64,000 nt of DNA from Burkholderiales bacterium (GTDB lineage: Bacteria; Pseudomonadota; Gammaproteobacteria; Burkholderiales; SG8-39). The position numbers were made by a program, and so were the translations under genes. The stretch is from the NCBI GenBank assembly GCA_036262835.1, contig DATAID010000104.1, positions 19,008-83,007 on the forward strand, written 5' to 3'. The notes beneath the pieces were generated by a model. It worked only from the letters and a program-made list of their open reading frames with translations. It searched no databases and was not told where the DNA came from. The first letter of the stretch is position 1. Each line of letters begins with the position of its first letter. This document shows positions 25,555 to 37,368 of this stretch, piece by piece.

Positions 25555-27633
25555 ATGGTAGCAACCCGGCCGCTCTACACGCGCGCGCAGCTCGAGCGCA
25601 TGCTCGCGCCGCGCTCGATCGCCATCGTCGGCGCCTCGCCCCGCGCCGCCTCCTTCGGCGTGAGGACGCTGGAGAACCTGGCGCACTTCAAGGGCTGCGT
25701 TTATCCGGTGAACGCCAAGTACAAGGAGGTCGGCGGGCGCGCCTGCTACGCCTCGCTCGCCGAGCTGCCCGAGAAGCCGGATTGCGTCGTGCTCGTGGTG
25801 CCGCGCGAAGTGGTCGAGCAGTCCATCAAGGAGGCGGCAGCCGTCGGCGCGGGCTCGGTCATTGTCTACGCCTCCGGCTATGGCGAAATGGCGCACCAGG
25901 ACGCAGGCGTGGCCCAGCAGCGCCTAGTGGAAATCGCGCGTGCGGCGCGCATGCCCATCCTCGGGCCCAACTGCATGGGCCTCGTCAATCACGGGCTCGG
26001 CGCCGGCATGACCTTCATTCCCGAGTATTCGAAGATGCCGCGGCGCACCGGCCCGATTGCGTTCGTGAGCCAGTCGGGGGCGCTCGGCTACTGCCTCGCG
26101 CAGGCCGCCGAGCGGGGCCTGGGCTATCGCTATTTCGCCTCGGCCGGCAACTCGGCCGACGTCGATATTGCCGATCTGATCGGCGCCATGGCGGGCGACG
26201 ACGACGTGCGCGCGATCGCCTGCCTCTTCGAGGGGTTGCCCGACGCGCGCCGGCTTCTCGAGGCGGGCGAGCGGGCGCGCTCGGCCGGCAAGCCCGTCAT
26301 CGTCTACAAGCTCGGCGTGAGCGACGACGGCGCGGCCGCGGCGCGTTCCCACACCGGCTCGCTCGCCGGCTCGGCCGAGGCTTTCCGCGCGCTTTTCGAC
26401 CGGGCGGGCTTCGTGCAGGTGGACGACTACGAGGCGCTCGTCGAGTATGCGAAGTTCTTTGCCGCCGCTGGCAAGCCGCTTGCGAGGGGAGTCGCGGTGG
26501 TCTCGGGCTCGGGCGGCGCCGGCATCATCGCCGCCGATATGGCCGCGCGCCACGGCGTGCCGATGCCGCAGCCGGGCGAGCAGGCGACCTCGGTGCTGAA
26601 AAGCATCGTTCCGGAGTTCGGCGCGGCGCGCAATCCGTGCGATCCGACCGGCCAGGTGCTCTCCGTACCCGAGTCCTACGACAAGTGCTGCCGCGCGCTG
26701 ATGGGCGATCCGCAGTACGGCGTCCTGCTTTGCATCATGAGCGTGTCCTCGCACGAGACGGGCACCATGCGCGCCGCTCGCATCGCGACGCTCGCGCGCG
26801 AGCAGCCCAAGCCGATCGCCGTGGTGTGGGTCTCGGAATGGCTGCAGGGGCCGGGCTCGCAGCAATACGAGTCGGATGACCGCGTGGGCTTTTTCCGGTC
26901 GCTGGACCGCTGCTACGCCACCATCGCCGCCTGGCAACGCTGGCATCAGGGCGGATCGGCCAACCCTGCCAGGGTTTCCAGGAAAGTCGATTTCAAATTC
27001 GATAAAAAAATTCTCGGGGAAAGAGAAGCAAAAACGGTCCTCGGGAAATACGGCATCAAGTCCGCCCCCGAGCGCCAGGCAAAGAACGCGGACGAGGCCG
27101 TGAAGGCGGCCAGCGAGCTCGGCTATCCGGTCGTGCTCAAGGCCGATGGCGACATCGAGCACAAGACAGAGGCGGGGGCGGTGAAGCTGGATCTGCGCGA
27201 CGAGGCCGCCTTGCGCGCAGCCTGCGGCGCGATGACCGCGGCCAGGAATGGCTTTCTCGTCCAGCAGATGGTGAAGGGCGGCGTGGAGCTGGTCGTCGGC
27301 ATCAAGCGCGATCCGCAATGCGGCCCGGTACTGCTCGTGGGCCTGGGCGGCGTGCTGGTGGAGGTCCTGCGCGACACGGCGCTCGCGCTTGCGCCCGTGG
27401 GCAAGGCGGAGGCGCGGCGCATGCTGCAGGGACTCAAGGGCTTCAGGCTGCTGCAGGGCTATCGCGGCGCGCCGGCCGCGGATCTCGACGCGGTGTGCGA
27501 TGCGATCGCGCGCATCTCCGAGTTTGCCGCCGATCATGCCGATGCGGTCGAGGAAATCGACGTCAACCCGCTGCTCGCCCGGCCCGACGGCGCCGTCGCG
27601 CTCGACGCGCTCATCGTGCTTCGCAAGCCTTGA
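25555..27633 (+). CDS. ADP-forming acyl-CoA synthetase (fused CoA-binding/ligase-CoA/ATP-grasp, acetate--CoA ligase family)
   Basis: Start MVATRPLYT. It has a CoA-binding domain (SIAIVGASPR...VYPVNAKY), a succinyl-CoA-ligase-like region with SHTGSLAG phosphohistidine loop, and a C-terminal ATP-grasp domain. Confidence 0.85.
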   Translation: MVATRPLYTRAQLERMLAPRSIAIVGASPRAASFGVRTLENLAHFKGCVYPVNAKYKEVGGRACYASLAELPEKPDCVVLVVPREVVEQSIKEAAAVGAGSVIVYASGYGEMAHQDAGVAQQRLVEIARAARMPILGPNCMGLVNHGLGAGMTFIPEYSKMPRRTGPIAFVSQSGALGYCLAQAAERGLGYRYFASAGNSADVDIADLIGAMAGDDDVRAIACLFEGLPDARRLLEAGERARSAGKPVIVYKLGVSDDGAAAARSHTGSLAGSAEAFRALFDRAGFVQVDDYEALVEYAKFFAAAGKPLARGVAVVSGSGGAGIIAADMAARHGVPMPQPGEQATSVLKSIVPEFGAARNPCDPTGQVLSVPESYDKCCRALMGDPQYGVLLCIMSVSSHETGTMRAARIATLAREQPKPIAVVWVSEWLQGPGSQQYESDDRVGFFRSLDRCYATIAAWQRWHQGGSANPARVSRKVDFKFDKKILGEREAKTVLGKYGIKSAPERQAKNADEAVKAASELGYPVVLKADGDIEHKTEAGAVKLDLRDEAALRAACGAMTAARNGFLVQQMVKGGVELVVGIKRDPQCGPVLLVGLGGVLVEVLRDTALALAPVGKAEARRMLQGLKGFRLLQGYRGAPAADLDAVCDAIARISEFAADHADAVEEIDVNPLLARPDGAVALDALIVLRKP

Positions 27634-28799
27634 TCGCCGGCACGCATCACTGGCCCGCGCAGGAGCGGGTGACCTACGGAAAGCCGGCCGAGCAGGCTTT
27701 GTCCGAAGAAGTGTCAAGAGCAAAAGCGGACAGAATCTTCGTCACCACCACTCGTTCGATCACGAACGGCGCGCTGGTGGCGCGCATCGTGGAGAGCCTC
27801 GGCAAGAAGTTTGCCGGCAAGCTCGATGGCATCGCTGCGCACAGCCCGCGCGAAGCGGTGATCGCCGGGGCCGAGGCGCTGCGCGCCTCCAACGCCGACC
27901 TGGTCGTCGCGGTGGGCGGCGGCTCGGTGATCGACGCGACCAAGGTCATGCTGCTCGCGCTCTGGCGCGGCGCGCGCGACCCGGCGGCGCTCTCCGCGCT
28001 TGCGGGAACGCGCGGCAGCGCCTCGAACGAGGCGAGCGCCTGGAACGCCGATCCCCAAGCGCTGCGCATGATCGCAGTGCCCACCACGCTCTCGGCGGCC
28101 GAGTTCTTCCCGAGCGCCGGCGTCACGGACATGCAGCGGCACGTGAAGCAGTCCTACTTCCACCCGCTCGTCGTGCCCAAGGCGGTGATCCTCGATCCGG
28201 CGGCCACGCTCGAGACGCCGATGGAGCTCCTCCTTTCCACCGGCATGCGCGCGGTGGACCATGCGGTCGAGGGCTGGTGCTCGGTGAAGACCGCTCCGAT
28301 GGCAGACGCGGCGAATCGGGAGGCGATGAGGCTCCTCTTTTTGTCCTTAAAAAGCATAAAACACAAGCCGGAAGATCTCGAAGCGCGGTCTCTCGCACAG
28401 CACGGCATGTGGCTGACGCGGCTCGCCTCCATGGCCGGCATTCCCAACGGCGCGAGCCACGGCCTCGGCTACCTGCTGGGCGGCGGCTACGGCGTGCCGC
28501 ACGGCATCACGTCCTGCGTGACGCTTCCGCCGGTCATGGAATGGAATGCCGGGGTGAACGGCGAGCGCCAGAAGGAGGTCGCCGCGGCCTTCGGCGGGGC
28601 CGGTCAGCCGGCAGGCGCGGTATTGAGAAAGTTCGTGGCCGAGCTCGGCCTGCCGACGCGCATCCGCGACGTCGGCGTGAAGAGGGAAGCGCTGCCGAAG
28701 ATCGCGGCGAGCTGGGACGGCACCGGCCCGATCGCCACCAACCCGCGCAAGGTGAACGGCAAAGACGATTTGCTCCGGATCCTCGAGTCGGCCTGGTGA
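27630..28799 (+). CDS. Iron-containing alcohol dehydrogenase family (maleylacetate reductase-like)
   Basis: AVGGGSVIDATK motif with histidine-rich metal-site regions downstream. There is no in-frame ATG. TTG 27630 overlaps the upstream TGA, and GTG 27669 is an alternative start. Confidence 0.75.
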   Translation: MIAGTHHWPAQERVTYGKPAEQALSEEVSRAKADRIFVTTTRSITNGALVARIVESLGKKFAGKLDGIAAHSPREAVIAGAEALRASNADLVVAVGGGSVIDATKVMLLALWRGARDPAALSALAGTRGSASNEASAWNADPQALRMIAVPTTLSAAEFFPSAGVTDMQRHVKQSYFHPLVVPKAVILDPAATLETPMELLLSTGMRAVDHAVEGWCSVKTAPMADAANREAMRLLFLSLKSIKHKPEDLEARSLAQHGMWLTRLASMAGIPNGASHGLGYLLGGGYGVPHGITSCVTLPPVMEWNAGVNGERQKEVAAAFGGAGQPAGAVLRKFVAELGLPTRIRDVGVKREALPKIAASWDGTGPIATNPRKVNGKDDLLRILESAW

Positions 28800-29575
28800 G
28801 GAAAACGGCGGAGCGCAGCTATCGACTGGTCAGCCTGACCTCGGTCGGCGTGGTGCTCGCGGCCTGGCTTGTCGCCAGCGCGCTGGGGGTGCTCGATCCG
28901 AACCGCCTGCCGCCCGCGCAGACGCTGGCGAGCGCCGTTGCCGAGCTCGTGCAGCACGGCTATTCCGGCAAGCCTTTCTGGCTGCAGATCGCCGCTTCGA
29001 TGGGGCGCGCCCTCGCCGGGTTCGTGATCGCGGTGCTGGTCGGCGTGCCGGTGGGCATCTTCATCGGGTCGAGCCGGATGTTCGACGCGGTGGTTTCGCC
29101 TTTCCTTGCTTTCATCCGGCCAATTCCGCCAATTGCGTTCGTGCCGCTCTTCGTCTTCTACTTTGGCATCGGCGAGCTCTCGAAGATCGCGCTCATCTTC
29201 CTGACCTCGTTCCTGTACATGACGGTGAGCGCCGCCTCGGGCGTGCGCTCGGTGCCGGAGGACCTGCTGCTCGCCTCGCGCTCGCTTGGCCTGACGCGCA
29301 GGCAGATCTTCTTCCATGTGACGATTCCGGCCTCGGCCGCCTCGATCCTCACCGGCATGCGCGTGGCGATGACGCTCTCGTGGGCGCTGGTCGTGGCGGC
29401 CGAGCTGATCGCCGCGCAGGTCGGCCTGGGCTTCCTGATCATGGATGCGACGACCTTCTATCGCATTCCCTACGTGTTCGTGGGCATCATCACCATCGGG
29501 CTGATCGGCCTCGCGCTGGAATGGCTGCTGCTTCTGGCGGAGCGGCGGCTGCTGCACTGGCGGGGCAAACAATGA
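28796..29575 (+). CDS. ABC transporter permease (NitT/TauT/SsuC family)
   Basis: The GTG at 28796 overlaps the upstream stop (GTGA). It has about 6 TM segments and an EAA-like loop (SLGLTRRQIFFHVTIPAS). Confidence 0.85.
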   Translation: MRKTAERSYRLVSLTSVGVVLAAWLVASALGVLDPNRLPPAQTLASAVAELVQHGYSGKPFWLQIAASMGRALAGFVIAVLVGVPVGIFIGSSRMFDAVVSPFLAFIRPIPPIAFVPLFVFYFGIGELSKIALIFLTSFLYMTVSAASGVRSVPEDLLLASRSLGLTRRQIFFHVTIPASAASILTGMRVAMTLSWALVVAAELIAAQVGLGFLIMDATTFYRIPYVFVGIITIGLIGLALEWLLLLAERRLLHWRGKQ

Positions 29576-30339
29576 CTCCGCGGGTGGCCCTCGAGGTGCG
29601 TCGCGTGGGTCGCGATTTCGCGCGCCCGGACGGACCCTCTCTGCGCGCGCTCGAGGACGTCTCCTTCGGCATCGCCGACTCGGAGATCGTGTCGCTCGTC
29701 GGCCCGAGCGGCTGCGGCAAGTCGACGCTGCTGCGCATGATCGCGGGCTTCGATTTTCCCGACGCGGGCGAGCTCCTGCTCGACGGCAAGCGCATCGCCG
29801 AGCCGGGCCAGGATCGGGGCGTTGTCTTCCAGCAGCCGCAGCTCTATCCCTGGCTCAACGTGCTCGACAACGTCTGCTTCGGGCCGCGCATGCGCGGCGT
29901 GCCGCGCGAGAGAATCAGCGAGGCGGCGGGCCACTATATCCGCTCGGTCGGGCTCGAGCGCTTCGAGAGCCACTATCCGTACCAGCTCTCCGGCGGCATG
30001 CGCCAGCGGCTGCAGATCGCGCGCGTCCTCATCAACGAGCCGCGCGTCCTGCTCATGGACGAGCCGTTCGGCGCGCTCGACTACCAGACGCGGCTCGGCA
30101 TGCAGCGGCTGCTGCTCGAGCTCGCCGCCGAGTACCGCCCGACGGTGCTCTTCATCACGCACGACATCGACGAGGCGATCTTCATCTCCGATCGCGTGCA
30201 CGTAATGAGCCCGCGGCCGGGGCGGATCATCGAGACGATCGAAGTCGACATTCCGCGGCCACGGGTGTACGACGAGGTTTCAGCCTCGGCGCCCTTCATG
30301 GCGCTCAAGCTGAGGACTTTGAAGCTGCTCGCTCACTGA
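29572..30339 (+). CDS. ABC transporter ATP-binding protein (NitT/TauT family)
   Basis: The ATG overlaps the permease stop (ATGA). Walker A GPSGCGKST, signature LSGGMRQR and Walker B LLMDEP. Confidence 0.9.
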   Translation: MTPRVALEVRRVGRDFARPDGPSLRALEDVSFGIADSEIVSLVGPSGCGKSTLLRMIAGFDFPDAGELLLDGKRIAEPGQDRGVVFQQPQLYPWLNVLDNVCFGPRMRGVPRERISEAAGHYIRSVGLERFESHYPYQLSGGMRQRLQIARVLINEPRVLLMDEPFGALDYQTRLGMQRLLLELAAEYRPTVLFITHDIDEAIFISDRVHVMSPRPGRIIETIEVDIPRPRVYDEVSASAPFMALKLRTLKLLAH

Positions 30340-30360
30340 CCATCCAAAGGAGGAACAGAC

Positions 30361-31380
30361 ATGACATCTGCATTCGGAAACGCCCGCCGCAGGCTCGGCG
30401 CCGCGCTGCTCGCGCTCGCCGCGTCCACCCTCGTGAGCGGCGCCGCGCAGGCGCAGGCTCCGCGCAAGATCAACGTCGGCATGCAGCCGATCGTCAACGG
30501 TCCCATCTACATCGCGATCAAGGAAAAATACTTCGAGAAGCTGGGGCTCGAGGTGAACCTCGTCAAATTCACCTCCGGGCCGGCGCAGTTCGCCGCGCTC
30601 GCGGGCGGGCAGGTCGACCTCGCCTGGGGCGGCATGGGCGCCTTCAGCCTCGCCAAGGCCAACGGGCAGGACCTGCATTTCATCTCCATCTTCATGGACT
30701 ACAACCCGCTGGAGGCGCTGGTCGTTCCGGGGAACAGCCCGGCGAAGACGATCAAGGATCTGGTGGGGCGCAAGATCGCGCTCGTGCAAGGGTCGGACGC
30801 GCACTATGGCACCCTGCGAACGCTCGCGAAGCACGGCGTCGACCCGAAGTCCGTCAGCATCGTCGGCATGGCGCCGCCGCAGCAGATCGCGGCCCTCGAG
30901 AAAGGCGACGTCGACGCGATGTTTTCCTGGGAGCCGTTCCTGACGCCGATCCTCGACAAAGGCGGCCGGCTGCTGGCCCGCAACAGCGAGCTCGACCCCG
31001 GCCCGGCGTTCCTCAGCTGGGCGGGCAAGCGCGCGTGGCTGGAAGCGAACGGCGACGTGGTGGTGAAGATCCTCAAGGGCTGGAACATGGGACTCGCCAA
31101 GATGAAGGCGGACCCCGACCTGGCGATCCGGCTGACGCTCGAATTCACCGGCATGGGCGAGCCGCAGGCGCGGGCCATCATGAAGGGCCTGGGCCACTTC
31201 GATGCCACCGCCGCCCTCGACCCGAAAAGCAGCGTTTACTGGGCGAAAGGCTCCAAGCTGGCGCGCGTGCTGCAGGACTTCCAGGCCTTTGGCAAGGAAG
31301 CGGGGCTGATCAAGGACGCGATCAACGTCGACGACTTCGTCATGACGAAGTACATGCAGGCCGTCAAGGACGGCAAGTAG
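30361..31380 (+). CDS. ABC transporter periplasmic substrate-binding protein (NMT1/THI5-like, sulfonate/nitrate/taurine family)
   Basis: Signal peptide with an RRR motif. The NMT1-like fold is inferred from the sequence pattern and the operon context. Confidence 0.8.
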   Translation: MTSAFGNARRRLGAALLALAASTLVSGAAQAQAPRKINVGMQPIVNGPIYIAIKEKYFEKLGLEVNLVKFTSGPAQFAALAGGQVDLAWGGMGAFSLAKANGQDLHFISIFMDYNPLEALVVPGNSPAKTIKDLVGRKIALVQGSDAHYGTLRTLAKHGVDPKSVSIVGMAPPQQIAALEKGDVDAMFSWEPFLTPILDKGGRLLARNSELDPGPAFLSWAGKRAWLEANGDVVVKILKGWNMGLAKMKADPDLAIRLTLEFTGMGEPQARAIMKGLGHFDATAALDPKSSVYWAKGSKLARVLQDFQAFGKEAGLIKDAINVDDFVMTKYMQAVKDGK

Positions 31381-31383
31381 CCG

Positions 31384-32757
<1,374 letters not shown>

Positions 32758-32848
32758 CCGGTTCAGGCAATTGAAATTACATTGGGAACGCTAACCGGAT
32801 GACGCGAGAGATACTGCGGCGCGCAGTATAGCACGAGTTCGCGCCGCC

Positions 32849-33793
32849 TTATTTGCTTCCCAGTCCCAGCCGCTTGGCGCCCTCGGTATAGAGCTTCGTT
32901 TTCTCCTTCATGAAGGCGTCCATCTCCTCGGCGCCGACGCTCACCAGCTCGAAGCCGCTCTTCGCGGCGAGCTCCTTCATTTCGGGATCGGCGTTGAGCG
33001 CGCGCCACAGGTCGGACATGCGCTTTTTCGCCTCGGGCGAAGTCGATTTCGGCACGCCGATGCCGCGGTAGGCGCCGTCGACCCAGTCCACGCCGAGCTC
33101 CTTGAAGGTCGGCGTCTCGGGCAGGAGCGGATGGCGCTTGTCCATCGCCACCGCGAGCGCGCGCACCTTGCCCTTGTTGTTGATCGCGAACGCGGTATAG
33201 GACATTGCGCCGCCGACATGTCCGCCGATGACGGCGGTGGTCATGTCGCCCGTGCCCTTGAACGGCACGTAAGTCGTCTTGAAGCCGAACGCGGCGTTCA
33301 TGCGCTCGTGCGCCGCATGGTTGGCCGAATTGAGGCCCGAGCCGCCCAGAGAGATCTTGGTGGGATTCGCTTTCGCCGCCTTCACGAAATCCTGGAACGT
33401 CTTGTACGGGCTCGACTCGGTGACGACGAGCGCGTCCGGGGTGTAGTGGAACCAGAACACCGGCGTCACGTCCTCGGTCTTGTACTGCACCTGGCCTTCG
33501 ATCGGCTGGAACACGATGTGCGGCAGGTTGATGCCGATGATGTTCGAGCCATCCGGGGGCAGCCCGTTCATCTGCGACCACATGAGGCTGCCGCCCGCGC
33601 CCGGCTTGTACTGGATCACGGTTTCGATCGAGGGGCACTTCTTTTTCAGCACCACCTGCTGGTGCCGTGCCGACAGGTCGGATTCGCCGCCCGCCGGGAA
33701 GGCCTGCCAGTACATGACGTTCTTCTCCGGGCACGATTGCGCGAGCGCCGCCGAGGCGACGCCGAGGCCGAGGACGAGCAGGAGTTTTTTCAT
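32849..33793 (-). CDS. Bug-family (TctC-like) substrate-binding protein
   Basis: Start MKKLLLVLGLGVASAALAQ. It carries the PFKG motif and the general Bug pattern. The track ORF is over-extended. Confidence 0.9.
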   Translation of the reverse strand: MKKLLLVLGLGVASAALAQSCPEKNVMYWQAFPAGGESDLSARHQQVVLKKKCPSIETVIQYKPGAGGSLMWSQMNGLPPDGSNIIGINLPHIVFQPIEGQVQYKTEDVTPVFWFHYTPDALVVTESSPYKTFQDFVKAAKANPTKISLGGSGLNSANHAAHERMNAAFGFKTTYVPFKGTGDMTTAVIGGHVGGAMSYTAFAINNKGKVRALAVAMDKRHPLLPETPTFKELGVDWVDGAYRGIGVPKSTSPEAKKRMSDLWRALNADPEMKELAAKSGFELVSVGAEEMDAFMKEKTKLYTEGAKRLGLGSK

Positions 33794-33795
33794 GG

Positions 33796-35220
33796 CTAGA
33801 CCTTGAGCTGGAGCGATTTGTATTCGAGGAATTCTTCCAGGCCGTAGACGCCGGCCTCGCGGCCGTGGCCCGACTGCTTGAAGCCGCCGAAGGGCGCGTT
33901 CATGTTGAACGCCCCGCCGTTGATGTCGATCTGCCCGGCGCGGATGCGGCGCGCCACTTTCTGCGCGCGCGCCTCGTCGGCCGACCACACGGCGCCGGCG
34001 AGCCCGTAGGGCGTGTCGTTGGCGATTTTCACCGCCTCTTCCTCGTCCTTGTAGGGAATGATCGAGAGCACCGGCCCGAAGATCTCTTCCTGGGCGATGG
34101 TCATCGAGTTCTTCACCTTGCCGAAGACCGTCGGCTTGACGAAGTAGCCGCCCGCCACGCCCTCGGGCTTGTCGGCGCCGCCCGCGAGGAGCTCGGCGCC
34201 TTCCTCGACGCCCTTCTTGATGTAGCCGCGCACGCGCTCGAGCTGCATCTGCGAGGAGAGCGGCCCCAGGCGCGTGGTTTCCTGGAGCGGATCGCCCGGT
34301 TTGAAGCTGTTCGCCGTGTCGACCGCGAGCTTCGCGGCCTCCTCATATCTGGAAGCCGGGACCAGCATGCGCGTGAGCGCCGTGCAGGTCTGGCCAGAAT
34401 TCAGGTAGCAATAGCTCACCGTGGTCTTCACGGCGGCGGCGAGGTCGGCGTCCTCGAGAATCACGGAGGCGCTCTTGCCGCCCAGTTCGAGCGCCACGCG
34501 CTTGACGCCCTGCGCGGCCACTTCCGAGATGCGCTTGCCGGCGCGCGTCGAGCCGGTGAAGGAGATCATGTCGACCTGCGGGTGCTTGACGAGCGCTTCG
34601 CCCGCGGTCGGTCCGAGACCCGTGACCAGATTGAACACGCCTTTAGGCAGTCCGGCCTTCTCGATTTCTTCTGCCAGGATGAAGGCGTTGAAAGGCGCCA
34701 CTTCGGAGGGCTTGAGCACCACCGTGCAGCCCGCAGCGAGCGCCGGTGCGACCTTGAGCGCGATCTGGTTGAGGGGATAGTTCCAGGGCGTGATCGCGCC
34801 CACGACCCCGACCGGCTCGCGCACGACGAGCGAATTGCCGACGCGGTCCTCGAACTTGAACTCCTTCGCGATCTTCGCGTAGTTGGCGAAATTCGCGATC
34901 GGCAGGCCGGCCTGCATGCGGCCCGACATCTTGATCGGCATGCCGACTTCCTGCGAGATCGTCGAGCTGAGCTCGGCGGTGCGCCCCTTGAGGCCATCGG
35001 AGATCTTCTGGAGGTATTCGGCGCGCTTCGCCGCCGGCGTCGCGCTCCAGCCTTCCAGCGCGCCGTGCGCGGCGGCAACGGCCGCGGCGATGTCCTTTTC
35101 GCCGCCGGCGGGCACCTTGCCCATGACTTCGCCCGTGCCGGCGTTGTGGACGTCGATCATCTCCTTCGAGGAGGGCGCGACCCATTGGCCGCCGATGAAG
35201 AATTTGTCTCTGAGAATCAT
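33796..35220 (-). CDS. NAD(P)-dependent aldehyde dehydrogenase
   Basis: Start [14 protein letters not shown]. Motifs ELGGKSA and the catalytic Cys context NSGQTCTA are present. The track ORF 33796..35661 is over-extended. Confidence 0.9.
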   Translation of the reverse strand: MILRDKFFIGGQWVAPSSKEMIDVHNAGTGEVMGKVPAGGEKDIAAAVAAAHGALEGWSATPAAKRAEYLQKISDGLKGRTAELSSTISQEVGMPIKMSGRMQAGLPIANFANYAKIAKEFKFEDRVGNSLVVREPVGVVGAITPWNYPLNQIALKVAPALAAGCTVVLKPSEVAPFNAFILAEEIEKAGLPKGVFNLVTGLGPTAGEALVKHPQVDMISFTGSTRAGKRISEVAAQGVKRVALELGGKSASVILEDADLAAAVKTTVSYCYLNSGQTCTALTRMLVPASRYEEAAKLAVDTANSFKPGDPLQETTRLGPLSSQMQLERVRGYIKKGVEEGAELLAGGADKPEGVAGGYFVKPTVFGKVKNSMTIAQEEIFGPVLSIIPYKDEEEAVKIANDTPYGLAGAVWSADEARAQKVARRIRAGQIDINGGAFNMNAPFGGFKQSGHGREAGVYGLEEFLEYKSLQLKV

Positions 35221-35311
35221 GGAGTTTGGTCCGGGAAGGAAAGCTGCGGGACCGCTACTGTAGCAAAGGCCCTTGACGCCCAACAACCAACATGGAAAGA
35301 AGGAAATCGCC

Positions 35312-36289
35312 ATGGCAAATCCTCGCGACGAAATCCTCGACTGGTCCGAGCAGGGCCGTATCGCGCCGGGCAGGCTGCGCGCGGCGCTGGAGGCGGGCGG
35401 CGCGTTGCCCGATGCGAACGATTGGCGGCGGTTCCTCGACCGGCTGCTGCTCTGGATGGGCACGGTGATGCTCGCGTGCTCGGCGATCTTTTTCTTCGCC
35501 TTCAACTGGGCAGAGATGGGCCGACTCGCCAAGATCGGCCTCGTGGAAGCGCCGATCCTCGGCGCGCTTTTCCTGCTTTGGCGCCTGGGACTTGAGCGTG
35601 CCTCGGGCAGGGCGGTGCTTTTCGCGGCGGCGCTGCTGACGGGCGGCCTGCTCGCGCTCATCGGTCAGATCTACCAGACCGGCGCCGACACCTGGGAGCT
35701 CTTCGCCGTCTGGGCGGCGGCGATTCTCCCCTGGACGCTCGCGGGGCGCCTCGCGCCGCTCTGGGTGCTCTGGCTCGCGCTTCTCAATCTCGCGGTGTCG
35801 CTCTACTACCTCACCTTCGGGTTCCTCTGGGGATTCGTGTTCGCGCCGCAGCGCCTGATGTGGATGCTCTTCGGCTTGAATACCGGCGCGCTCGTCGCCT
35901 GGGAAGCGTGCGCGGCGGCCGGACTCGAGTGGCTGCGCGAGCGCTGGTCGGCCCGCGTCGTCGCCACGGCGAGCGGCACCCTGATCACCTGGCTCGCGCT
36001 CACGGACGTCTTCGACTGGCGCAGCTCCAGCCACTGGGGCCTGCCGCTCTGGCTCGGCTGGATGGCGGCGGCCTACGCGGCCTACCGCCGCTGGCTGAAA
36101 GACGTCTATGTACTCGCGGGCGGCGTGCTCTCGGCGATCGTGGTGATCGCCGCGCTTTTTGGCAAAAGCCTGTCGCACAGCGATGCCGGCGGCTTTCTCT
36201 TCATGGGCCTGGTCATCATCGGGCTCTCGGCTGCAGGCGGCTGGTGGCTGAAGAGCGTCATCAACGAGCAGGATGGAGGTGCGGCATGA
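35312..36289 (+). CDS. DUF2157-like polytopic membrane protein
   Basis: Start [18 protein letters not shown] soluble N-terminal segment is followed by about 9 hydrophobic helices. The family assignment is from memory of the DUF2157/DUF4401/GDYXXLXY operon. Confidence 0.65.
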   Translation: MANPRDEILDWSEQGRIAPGRLRAALEAGGALPDANDWRRFLDRLLLWMGTVMLACSAIFFFAFNWAEMGRLAKIGLVEAPILGALFLLWRLGLERASGRAVLFAAALLTGGLLALIGQIYQTGADTWELFAVWAAAILPWTLAGRLAPLWVLWLALLNLAVSLYYLTFGFLWGFVFAPQRLMWMLFGLNTGALVAWEACAAAGLEWLRERWSARVVATASGTLITWLALTDVFDWRSSSHWGLPLWLGWMAAAYAAYRRWLKDVYVLAGGVLSAIVVIAALFGKSLSHSDAGGFLFMGLVIIGLSAAGGWWLKSVINEQDGGAA

Positions 36290-37368
36290 GCTCGACTACG
36301 CGCGCAATGCTGTGGGACCGCCTCGCCAAGGCGTCCTTGGTCGAAGGCGCCCTGCCCGAGGCGGGCGAGGCAGCATCGCCCTGGTTCATCCGCGTGATGC
36401 TCGGCTTCGCAGGCTGGCTGGGGGCGCTCTTTCTGCTGGGCTTCGTCGGCGCCGCCTTCGTGGCGATCTTCCGGGACGCCTCCTCGATGCTCGTGCTTGG
36501 CGGTCTAGCCTGCGCTGCGGCGGTTGCGATCTACCGCGTAGCGCCGAAGAGCGACTTCATGGCGCAGTTCGGGCTGGCGGTGAGCTTCGCCGGGCAGGCG
36601 ATGATCCTCGTCGGGCTCGCCGATGTGTTCAAGCGCTTCAACCCGACGCAATTCGCCGTCTGCTTCATGTTGCTGGAAGCGGTGCTCTTCGTGCTGGTGC
36701 CGAATTACCTGCACCGCGTGCTGAGCGCGCTTGGCGCGGCGCTCGCAGCCGTCTGGCTGATCATCGATGCGGGCCTCTTTGCCTTCGCGCCGGCGGCGAT
36801 CACCGCCGCGTTCCTTGTCCTGTGGCTGGTCGAATTCAAGTTCGAGCGGCACGGTCCGCTGCTGCGCGCGGGCGGTTACGGCCTCGCGATCGCGGCGGTG
36901 CTGACTTCGGTGCTGCACGGCGGTCTATGGCTCGGCTGGCTGGTCAGCCGCGGCCACGGCCAGCCCGCGGGCGGGGAGGCGGTCCAATGGCTGGGTCATG
37001 CCGCGAGCGTGCTCGTGCTCGTCGGCGCCGTGATCGCCCTCCTGCGCCGCGAAGGGCTCGAGCTCGGCTCGGGGCAGGGGCGCGTGGGATTGTGCGCGGC
37101 GCTGATCCTCGGCCTCGCATCGCTGAAGGCGCCCGGCGTCGCGCCGGCCGCTGCGATCCTCGTCGTCGGCTATGCGAACGGCAACCGCGTGCTCGCGGGA
37201 TTGGGCATCGCGGCGCTTCTCGGCTACCTCTCTCACTACTACTACTCGATGCAGACGACGCTGCTCTTCAAGTCGGCGCTGCTCGCGGCGACAGGCCTGG
37301 CGCTGCTGGGTGCGCGGCTGGTGATGCACCGCTGGTGGCCGGAAGCCAAGGAGACGAGCCATGCGTAA
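36286..37368 (+). CDS. DUF4401-like polytopic membrane protein
   Basis: The ATG at 36286 overlaps the upstream stop (ATGA). Start [21 protein letters not shown], followed by about 10 hydrophobic helices. Confidence 0.6.
   Translation: MSSTTRAMLWDRLAKASLVEGALPEAGEAASPWFIRVMLGFAGWLGALFLLGFVGAAFVAIFRDASSMLVLGGLACAAAVAIYRVAPKSDFMAQFGLAVSFAGQAMILVGLADVFKRFNPTQFAVCFMLLEAVLFVLVPNYLHRVLSALGAALAAVWLIIDAGLFAFAPAAITAAFLVLWLVEFKFERHGPLLRAGGYGLAIAAVLTSVLHGGLWLGWLVSRGHGQPAGGEAVQWLGHAASVLVLVGAVIALLRREGLELGSGQGRVGLCAALILGLASLKAPGVAPAAAILVVGYANGNRVLAGLGIAALLGYLSHYYYSMQTTLLFKSALLAATGLALLGARLVMHRWWPEAKETSHA

Noticed and set aside
27669-27671. GTG 27669 with AGGAG at 27661 as the start of the Fe-ADH.
   Set aside because: The SD-to-start spacing is only 3 nt, and this start would remove about 13 residues that align with typical maleylacetate-reductase N-termini. 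TTG 27630, which overlaps the upstream stop, is preferred but unproven.
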